The translations under genes were made by a program, and so were the position numbers. From Anaerolineae bacterium (GTDB lineage: Bacteria > Chloroflexota > Anaerolineae > B4-G1 > SLSP01), in assembly GCA_034676805.1 (NCBI GenBank), contig JAXDDO010000080.1, positions 2,261-66,260 on the forward strand: DNA of 64,000 nucleotides, given 5' to 3'. Shown here piece after piece: positions 56,717-64,000 of this stretch (position 1 is its first letter; each line of letters begins with the position of its first letter). Below the pieces are notes generated by a model. It was not told the origin of the DNA and ran no database searches. It saw nothing but the letters and a program-made list of their open reading frames with translations.

Positions 56717-58661
56717 ATGGACTTGCTCGAGCGACGGATAGCTGCGTACGACGAACTTGTGGCTGCGGCACGAGGTGACATGCCCGTGGACACGCTGATT
56801 CATGGAGGCCGCATCCTGAATGTGCTCACCGGCGAGGTGCTTCCCGGTGCGATCGCCGTTCACAAGGGCTTCATCGTGCGGGTCTACGCACAGCACGTCG
56901 AGGCTGCAGAGCAGATTGATGCCTCCGGTACCATCGCGCTGCCGGCGTTCATCGATCCGCACGTCCACATCGAGAGCTCTATGGTACTGCCGCCCCAATA
57001 CGCCGAAATCGTCGCAGCCAACGGTACTGGGACTGTGCTAGCCGATCCCCACGAGATCGTGAACGTGATGGGCGTCGAGGGCTTCAAGCTCATGGCAGAC
57101 AACGCCAACGATCTGCCGGTTCGCCTCTATCTCGACATCCCCACGTGCGTCCCCTCCAAACGAGGCGCCGAGTCATCCGGGGCCGATATTCGCGCCTCAG
57201 ACGTGCGATCGATGGCGGAGATGGGGGGGGCGCAAGCTGGGCGAGCTGATGAGCTACGACGAGATTGTGGCCGGCGATCCCGTGATGACTGACATCGTGA
57301 AGGCCGGCTGGGATCTGGGCCTGCCGCGGGATGCGCACTTCCCAATGATCAGCGCACTGGGCAACACGTTCGGCGAACTCAACATCGCCCAGAAACTCGG
57401 TGCTGCGCTGGGCATGCTCGGAGGCCGTATCCGCGGGCTCCGCGGCCTGAGCAGTCTGGCTTACCGGATACTGGTCAACAAGCTGCGGGCGGGTGATCAC
57501 CGCGCGCTCGATGCCTATCTGGTAGCGTTGGGATTGACTGCCGACCACGAAACCTATGGCCCGGAGATCCAGATCAAGCTAGATCACGGTATGCCTCTCA
57601 TGGTCAGCGGCCACATCTTTGAACTCCAGCAGACGCTCTCGCTCTTCCTGGCCGGCGTCCGTCGGCAGCGCTACAAAGATTGCCTGGGCTTGTGCACTGA
57701 CGACATCTGGCCCGATGAGCTGGTTGAGAAGGGTGGCATTGTCGGCATCCTACGCAAGCTGGCTGAACAGGGCATCGATCCAGTCGATGCGGTGCGCTTT
57801 GCCACGATCAACAACGCCCGCCGCCTTGCTGCCGCCGGTTTTGCAGAAGCCACGCTGATAGGCGCCCTCGTCCCGGGCACAGTTGCCGACATTGTGCTGG
57901 TGTCAGGGCCACTCAGGGCCTTCAACGTAGAGTTGGTGCTGCACGATGGAGCGGTTGTCGCAGCCCGAGGCGCCCTCACCAGCACCGTCCACCCCACAAC
58001 TGTTCCTACTCAAGCCCTGGACACCGTCCGCGTTGAGCCAGTACAGGCCGAGACGTTCCAGATCGCGGCGCCGCCCAATGCTCAACGCTCTGTGCGCACA
58101 AGGGTCCTAAGGCTACCCAAGCCCCCTGCCCTGCCGTTTCCCAGCTTCAGCGAGGAGAAGCTCCCAGTGCGCGACGGCATCCTCGACACGTCTGACTGCG
58201 TGACGATCGCCGTCTTCAACCGCTATCGAGCGGACATACCACGGCCTATCTTGGGTCTGATCCGAGGGTACAGCCTGACCCAAGGTGCAGTGGCCAGCAC
58301 CTTGGCCCACGATTCCCACAACCTGATCGTGCTGGGGACAAACGACGTGGATATGGCCTTGGCCGTCAATGAAGTCCTGGCTATGCATGGTGGGATGGTC
58401 GCAGCTCGTGATGGTGAGGTCCTGGCCCGGCTGGCGTTCCCCGTAGCGGGACTCATGACCACATCACCTGTCGACAGCATCGCACGCGATGCCCGGGCCT
58501 TCCGGGAGGCGATCGGTGCTCTAGGACTCGATCCGCACAGCCCCATCTTGCCGTTTGCGGTCTTCTCGCTTCCAGCCGCGCCGGGTGACAAGGTCACTGA
58601 TCTGGGCCTTTGGGACGCTGCACAGGGCCAGCACGTGTCGCTCTTTCCGGAGGAGGGCTAG
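56717..58661 (+). pseudogene. ade: Adenine deaminase-like amidohydrolase split by a +1 frameshift in a G8 run (57223-57230)
   Basis: FIDPHVHIESS, DPHEI.NV.G and TCVP in ORF1; GELM, DHE, CTDD and AHDSHN in ORF2. Removing one G fuses them into about 647 aa. Confidence 0.85.
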
Positions 58662-58772
58662 GCCTCCTCTACGCCAAGGGCCTGCCGCGCCTTGCGGACT
58701 GGGCGTGGCAGGCCCTTGGCGTCTGGGCCCAGAGGCGACGTTGGAGATAGGGACGCAAAACGCGGCATCGCC

Positions 58773-58915
58773 TTGACTAAGCGGGCGTGTGCGGTATACT
58801 GTGGATCGTGGTAATACGTGAGACCTCGCGTAGTCCAAGCGAGGTCCTTTTTGTGCCAGACAGAGAACCGAATGCAGGCGGCGGTCTATGGCTATGGACC
58901 GCCGCCTGATGATGA
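58773..58915 (+). promoter_or_regulatory. Promoter and attenuator-like leader of the EF-G paralog
   Basis: TTGACT-N16-TATACT; hairpin GACCTCGC/GCGAGGTC followed by CTTTTT (58822-58852); second stem CAGGCGGCGGTC/GACCGCCGCCTG (58875-58908). Confidence 0.65.
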
Positions 58916-58933
58916 GAGAGATCAGGAGTCATT

Positions 58934-61033
58934 GTGGGAAAGAGAGAAGCACCCATCCAGGATGTACGCATCATCGGGATCTTCGCTCACGTGGACGCTG
59001 GGAAGACCACCACGTCAGAGGCGATCCTCTACCATACAGGACGAATTCACCGGGCCGGCAATATCGACGACGGAAGCACGCAGCTTGACTGGATGGATCA
59101 GGAGCGGGAGCGCGGCATCACGATCATGTCGGCTGCGTCGGCGTGTCACTGGCGAGACCACCGCATCAACCTCATCGATACACCCGGGCACATCGACTTC
59201 ACAGCGGAGGTCGTGCGCTCGATCCGCGTCATCGACGGCGCCGTCACGATCCTCTGTGGCGTGGGAGGCGTTGAGCCGCAGACCGAGGCGGTCTGGGGCC
59301 ATGCCGACCACGAGCAACTCCCGCGACTGATCTTCATCAACAAGCTAGACAGGACCGGTGCCGATTTCGAGCGCGTTGTCGCCGAAGTGCACCAGCGCCT
59401 AACGGCAAGCGCGGTACCCATCCAGCTTCCCATAGGGCTGGAGGCCTCTTTCCGTGGGGCCGTCGATCTGCTTACACAGAGGGCCTACACCTGGACGGAC
59501 GGTCAGGATCTCGTCGAAGCCGATGTCCCAGCCGAAATGATGGACGAAGTGACAGTAGCTCGGGAGGCGCTGATCGACAGAATCTGCGAGACCGATGACA
59601 CGCTTCTGCTGCAGCGGTTGGAAGGCATTGAGCCTGAAACCAGCACGCTCAAGTCCGCGTTGCGGGCGGCCACCATCTCTGGCAGCATCGTGCCAGTGCT
59701 CTGTGGTGCGTCGCGCCAGCGAGTTGGCGTTGAGCCCCTGCTCGATGCTGTTGTCGACTACCTGCCCTCCCCCTTGGACATGCCTGCCATAGCCGGACGC
59801 AGGCCCGGTGAGGCAGACCGCAAGGTGGAACGCACCGCTGACCCCAAAGCCCCGTTCTGTGCCTCAGCGTTCAAGATCGTCGTCGATCCCTACGTTGGCC
59901 ACCTGACGTGGGTGCGGGTCTTCTCGGGCACCGTGAAGAGTGGCGACGTGATCTACAACCCCCGCGCCGGCGAGCACGAGCGTGTGGGCCGCATCTACCG
60001 CATGCACGCTAACCGCCGGGAGCAGACTGAATCGATGGCTGCCAGTGATGTCGTGGCGCTTGTGGGCATCAAGTCAGCTACGACCGGCGATACGCTATGC
60101 GATCCGGACGACCCCATCGTACTTGAGGAGTTCGAGTTCCCTGAGCCGGTGATTTCCGTAGCTCTGGCACCTAGCTCGAACGATGAGCGGGACAAGCTCT
60201 ACTCGGCAGTGCGACGGCTGTGCGATGAGGATCCCACGCTGATCTATAAGGTTGTTGCAGACACCTCTGAGCTCACCCTCTCAGGGATGGGAGAGCTCCA
60301 TCTCGAGATCGCGGTCGAGCGCCTGCGCCGTGAGTTCGGGCTCGCCCCCAAGGTCAGCCTGCCTCAAGTCTCCTATCGCGAGACCGTCCGCCAGGCAGCG
60401 GAGGTACAGACAACCCACCGCAAGCAGAGCGGCGGACATGGCCACTATGCGCGTGTCACACTGCGCGTCGAACCGACGAGTGACGACCACGATGGTGTCG
60501 TATTCGTGGACGAGTCGTCCCCTGCCAGGCTTCCGCGCGAGTTCGTCCGGCCGGTGGAGATGGGCATCCGCCGCACGCTCTATGAGGGCGTCGTCGCCGG
60601 ATATCCCATCACCGATATCAAGGTGACGCTCCTCGACGGTGACTACCACGAGGTGGATTCCGCAGCCATGGACTTCGAGATCGTGGGCAGCATGGCCGTC
60701 AAGGAGGCTATCCGCAAGGCAGCGCCGACCCTCATGGAGCCGATCATGAGACTGGATGTCAATGTGCCCGAAGAGCACTTCGGCAGCGTTGTCGCAGATA
60801 TCGGTCGCCGGCGCGGCACTATGAACGAGATGCGCGTTCGCGGCCACTACCGCAACGTTGACGGAGAGGTACCTCTCGCTGAGGCGCGCGGGTACGCCAC
60901 CGACCTGCGCAGCCTGACTCAAGGACGGGGTACGTTCAGCCTCGAATTCAGGCGCTATGACGTCCTTCCAGACGGCATCGCGCAGGCGCTGATCGAGGCC
61001 AATCGCCAGGCCCAACGCGTCCCTGCCGCCTAG
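58934..61033 (+). CDS. fusA: Elongation factor G paralog, outside the str operon
   Basis: AHVDAGKTT, DWMDQERERGITI, DTPGH, NKLD, GMGELHLEI, KQSGG, YHEVDS, LRSLTQGRG. Confidence 0.92.
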   Translation: MGKREAPIQDVRIIGIFAHVDAGKTTTSEAILYHTGRIHRAGNIDDGSTQLDWMDQERERGITIMSAASACHWRDHRINLIDTPGHIDFTAEVVRSIRVIDGAVTILCGVGGVEPQTEAVWGHADHEQLPRLIFINKLDRTGADFERVVAEVHQRLTASAVPIQLPIGLEASFRGAVDLLTQRAYTWTDGQDLVEADVPAEMMDEVTVAREALIDRICETDDTLLLQRLEGIEPETSTLKSALRAATISGSIVPVLCGASRQRVGVEPLLDAVVDYLPSPLDMPAIAGRRPGEADRKVERTADPKAPFCASAFKIVVDPYVGHLTWVRVFSGTVKSGDVIYNPRAGEHERVGRIYRMHANRREQTESMAASDVVALVGIKSATTGDTLCDPDDPIVLEEFEFPEPVISVALAPSSNDERDKLYSAVRRLCDEDPTLIYKVVADTSELTLSGMGELHLEIAVERLRREFGLAPKVSLPQVSYRETVRQAAEVQTTHRKQSGGHGHYARVTLRVEPTSDDHDGVVFVDESSPARLPREFVRPVEMGIRRTLYEGVVAGYPITDIKVTLLDGDYHEVDSAAMDFEIVGSMAVKEAIRKAAPTLMEPIMRLDVNVPEEHFGSVVADIGRRRGTMNEMRVRGHYRNVDGEVPLAEARGYATDLRSLTQGRGTFSLEFRRYDVLPDGIAQALIEANRQAQRVPAA

Positions 61034-61159
61034 CCCGGTACTACGCGCCTTGTGAGCATGACCTCGATCCTCGGGCATAGCGGATTTCGCTGTGCCCGAG
61101 TTTTGCTGCCATAGCTCTGATCTGGCATACACAGCCGCTCTCGTTTCCACCATGGCGTC

Positions 61160-61224
61160 TTGACTTATTTGTATTAATGTCATATAGTTAATACAGAATC
61201 TCATAACAATTGGCCTTGAGATTC
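61160..61224 (+). promoter_or_regulatory. Promoter overlapped by an operator palindrome
   Basis: TTGACT-N17-TATAGT; TGTATTAA-N10-TTAATACA at 61170-61195; GAATCTCA-N13-TGAGATTC at 61196-61224. Confidence 0.65.
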
Positions 61225-61319
61225 CCGGCGGCGGGCGCTGCCTCCCACGCGCGATGCGAGGGTGGCAGCACTTTAACAGTTCCATAACCTGTCTGTACGA
61301 CGTAAGGAGGAGACACACG

Positions 61320-62549
61320 ATGAACCAACGATTGCTGGCGCTGATATCGGCATTGGTGATGTTGGGCCTGGTTCTGGCTGCATGCGGTCCGGCTGCGGAG
61401 ACTCCGGAGCCAGCTGGCCAGGGGGAAGGTGAGCCCACCGAGGCCGCAATGGCCGAGCCTGTGACCATAACCGTTTGGCACGGCTATATCGAAACGGAGG
61501 CGGAGACGTTCGCAGCCGCGGTAGACGACTTCATGGCCGCCAACGAGGACGTAACGGTTGAGCTGCTGGCAGTTCCCTTTGACCAGTTGCAGAGCAAGTT
61601 CCAGACCGACGCCGCAGCCGGTGGCGGCTCCACTCTGATCACCGGTCCGCAGGACCGGATGGCCGGCTACAACGAAGCTGGCCTGCTCGCGCAGATTCCC
61701 GATGACGCCTCCTTCCTGAGCGAGCTCGTGCCGGCCGCCGTCGAGGGCGGGCGTATCGGCGGCGTGCTCGTAGGGGTTCCTCTGAACAACAAGGTCGTCG
61801 CAATGTTCTACAACAAGAGCCTGGTTGAGACCCCTCCCGCGGATTTCGACGAGCTGCTGGCGGCGGCCGAGGAGCTCGGGCTGGCGATCACGTCCGACTG
61901 GTTCCACAACTACATGTGGGTATCAGCATTTGGTGCTCAGCTGTTCGACGATGACTACCGCTGTGTGCTCGATGAGACCGGTGCTGCGGAGGGGTTCGCC
62001 TACTTCAAGACGGTCTGCGACTCACCGGGCGTCACCTGCGATCCGAACGATGGCGACATGGACATCCTCTTCCGCCAGGGATTGGCGGCTTTCCGGTTCC
62101 AGGGTCCCTGGATCGCCGGTGATGCCATCAGCGACCTCGGCGAGGACAACGTCGGCGCCACAGTCATCCCGCCCATTCCCGGTGCGGACTATCCCCGAAC
62201 GTGGAACCAGTCTGAGATGATTCAGATCAGCGCGAATGCTTCAGAAGCAGAACAGGCAGCGGCGCTGCGCCTGATTGAGCATCTGACTAGTGCTGAGGTC
62301 CAGCAGACCTTCTTGGAGGCAGCAAACTGGATCCCGGCAAACCAGAACGTTGACACCTCGGTCAATCAGGTTGTGGGCGGCTTCCTCGACCAGGTGCCCT
62401 ACTCCGATCCCTTCCCGGTGGTAACGGAACTGAACGCCACCTGGGACCCTATGGCGAATGCCGTCACGCAGGTCCTCGAGGAAGTGCTGACTCCTGAGGA
62501 AGCGCTGGTCGAGGCCTGTGAGTTGATCAACACCGCAAACAACAAGTAG
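61320..62549 (+). CDS. Sugar ABC transporter substrate-binding lipoprotein (MalE-like)
   Basis: LAAC lipobox; ITVWH, VPFD, FYNKSL, GPW; AGGAGG RBS. Confidence 0.92.
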   Translation: MNQRLLALISALVMLGLVLAACGPAAETPEPAGQGEGEPTEAAMAEPVTITVWHGYIETEAETFAAAVDDFMAANEDVTVELLAVPFDQLQSKFQTDAAAGGGSTLITGPQDRMAGYNEAGLLAQIPDDASFLSELVPAAVEGGRIGGVLVGVPLNNKVVAMFYNKSLVETPPADFDELLAAAEELGLAITSDWFHNYMWVSAFGAQLFDDDYRCVLDETGAAEGFAYFKTVCDSPGVTCDPNDGDMDILFRQGLAAFRFQGPWIAGDAISDLGEDNVGATVIPPIPGADYPRTWNQSEMIQISANASEAEQAAALRLIEHLTSAEVQQTFLEAANWIPANQNVDTSVNQVVGGFLDQVPYSDPFPVVTELNATWDPMANAVTQVLEEVLTPEEALVEACELINTANNK

Positions 62550-62556
62550 CCACTCA

Positions 62557-62585
62557 AGGGCGGTGGGGCCATCACCACCGCCCTC
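62557..62585 (+). terminator. Intercistronic stem-loop after the binding-protein gene
   Basis: AGGGCGGTGG..CCACCGCCCT stem; typical mRNA stabiliser or partial terminator position. Confidence 0.55.
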
Positions 62586-62642
62586 TCCTTTCGAGCACTC
62601 AGCCTGAGCGTTATGGCAGCGATCACGGTATAAGGAGGCACA

Positions 62643-63635
62643 ATGGCTGCAGTGACCCCCACCCCACAACCAGGGAAGATCGAAGTCGGGAAGGCACTCT
62701 GGGAAGGACGCCTCGCCTATCTCTACATTCTGCCGGCGTTCCTGATCATGGCCTTCATTACGTTTTACCCCATCGTGTACCAGGTCTGGATGGCGTTCAC
62801 CAACTTCGAACTACGTCACCTCAGGCTACAGAACCCCGAATTCGTAGGGTTCGAAAACTTCGTGCGGGTGCTGGGCGGGCTCCCCATACCCAACTACAGC
62901 TTCGGCCGCATCCTCGTGTTCAATATCGTATGGACCTTCGTCAACGTTTTTCTACACGTTACACTGGGCATCCTGGTTGCCGTGGCACTCAATATCAAGA
63001 ATCTCCCGGGGAAACGACTGTACCGCAGCCTGTTTATCATACCCTGGGCGCTCCCGTCGCTGGTCTCCGGGATGGTGTGGAACAACATGTGGCACGAGCG
63101 GTTCGGCGCAGTGAACCTGCTCCTGCAAGAGCTAGGACTCCCGGGCAACATTCGCTGGCTCCAGGAGACGCAGCCTGTGATCAACATACCTCAGATTGGC
63201 CTGGTGCTGCCCCTGTCGTTCTTCGCCGTGTTGATCGCCAATGTTTGGCTTGGATGGCCCTTCATGATGTCCATCGCGACTGGCGCGCTGCAAAGCATCC
63301 CCGAAGAGCTCTACGAAGCCGCTCTCGTTGACGGTGCTTCGGGATGGCAGAAGCTCTGGAGAATCACGCTGCCAATGATCCGCCCCGCGATGGTTCCGGC
63401 AACGATGATCGGCATCATGATGACATTCAACCAGTTCAACGTGATCTACTTCGTGACCGGCGGTGGACCGCTCGGCTTGACCCAGATTCTGGTTACCCAG
63501 GGGTTCAATCTCGTGAACCAGCAGGGCTGGTACGGTGTGGCCTCCGCGTTCAACCTGATCGTCTTCCTGATCCTTGCCGTGATCACGCTGATCACGAACC
63601 GAATCTCGCGGGCCACGGAGCCCTACTACGCTTAG
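62643..63635 (+). CDS. Sugar ABC transporter permease (MalF-like)
   Basis: FVGFENF, IPWALP, ELYEAALVDGAS EAA motif, FNQFN. Confidence 0.93.
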   Translation: MAAVTPTPQPGKIEVGKALWEGRLAYLYILPAFLIMAFITFYPIVYQVWMAFTNFELRHLRLQNPEFVGFENFVRVLGGLPIPNYSFGRILVFNIVWTFVNVFLHVTLGILVAVALNIKNLPGKRLYRSLFIIPWALPSLVSGMVWNNMWHERFGAVNLLLQELGLPGNIRWLQETQPVINIPQIGLVLPLSFFAVLIANVWLGWPFMMSIATGALQSIPEELYEAALVDGASGWQKLWRITLPMIRPAMVPATMIGIMMTFNQFNVIYFVTGGGPLGLTQILVTQGFNLVNQQGWYGVASAFNLIVFLILAVITLITNRISRATEPYYA

Positions 63636-63647
63636 GGAGGCAGAGCG

Positions 63648-64000
63648 ATGGCACACATACAGGCACACACCTCCCCCGCACGCCGGGCCAGTGTATCGGC
63701 AGGCGGCGTTATGGCGATTGGATGGACCGCGTTGGCGATCCTGCTATCTCTGGGGCTTGTAGTGCTGGGCCTCTACGTGATCGCCGTCCGTCCGGCGGCA
63801 TCGGACGCCACCTCGGCGGTGCCCAAAGTCGCAGGCGGCCTGGTGGCGATCGCCGCCGGCGCCATCATCCTGGTGCGCTATAGTCGCGTCGCGCGGGCCT
63901 ACTCCCGCGAACGCGACGTGAGAGTCCTGCGTGAGACGATGAACGCTGACCTCGTCCAGGCCTTTCTGCTCATCGTCCTGGCATCGGTGCTTTTCCCCGT
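63648..64000 (+). CDS. Second ABC permease (MalG-like), partial at the window edge
   Basis: GGAGG RBS; open frame MAHIQ..LLIVLASVLFP with TM segments; position after MalF. Confidence 0.7.
   Translation, partial: MAHIQAHTSPARRASVSAGGVMAIGWTALAILLSLGLVVLGLYVIAVRPAASDATSAVPKVAGGLVAIAAGAIILVRYSRVARAYSRERDVRVLRETMNADLVQAFLLIVLASVLFP

Noticed and set aside
58801-58821. Six-codon ORF GTG GAT CGT GGT AAT ACG TGA as leader peptide
   Set aside because: Starts immediately after the -10 box, upstream of the likely transcription start.
58934-61033. TetM/TetO ribosomal protection protein
   Set aside because: Length and domain IV motifs (KQSGG, YHEVDS) are EF-G-like.
1-64000. Many long antisense or alternate-frame ORFs (e.g. 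1052-1546, 20622-21581, 23115-24059, 41125-42129, 49362-50312, 60281-61468)
   Set aside because: Shadow ORFs of high-GC genes; no motifs or RBS, and they overlap well-supported CDSs.
1-64000. CRISPR arrays, tRNA/rRNA, IS elements, integrase, reverse transcriptase/DGR
   Set aside because: No regularly spaced repeats, cloverleaf motifs or matching protein motifs seen by eye. Covariance-model scans were not run, so small ncRNAs cannot be excluded.

Overview
GC-rich (roughly 63%, by eye), gene-dense bacterial chromosome segment, most likely from an anaerobic Chloroflexota/Anaerolineae-like organism. That assignment is inferred from gene families, LAAC lipoboxes, an LPxAG anchor and a GAAC-N4-GTTC box. 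I see no rRNA, tRNA, CRISPR array, transposase or integrase. The left half is dominated by carbohydrate catabolism: a GH127, manA, a PK-C/cupin/GH-like/tungsten-AOR run, and an 18-kb, 12-gene minus-strand cluster. That cluster starts with a glycyl radical enzyme with non-canonical active-site loops, followed by a TIM-barrel protein, a UROD-like protein, a GH110-like beta-helix, an enolase-family enzyme, two sulfatases, GH28-like, GH4, GrpB, sialidase-like and GH5/42-like genes. The right half holds amidohydrolases, lspA, methyltransferases, PadR-DUF5320x2, DUF362, a DUF2089/SHOCT-pentapeptide pair, an MFS with its regulator, an adenine deaminase-like gene frameshifted at a G8 run, a stand-alone EF-G paralog and a MalEFG-like ABC transporter. 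The best leads are the unclassified GRE locus, an attenuator-like EF-G leader (terminator plus a candidate leaderless uORF ending TGA-TGA-TGA), the DUF2089/SHOCT-pentapeptide module, and three related Cys-motif TIM-barrel proteins. All family calls come from motif recognition, not database searches.
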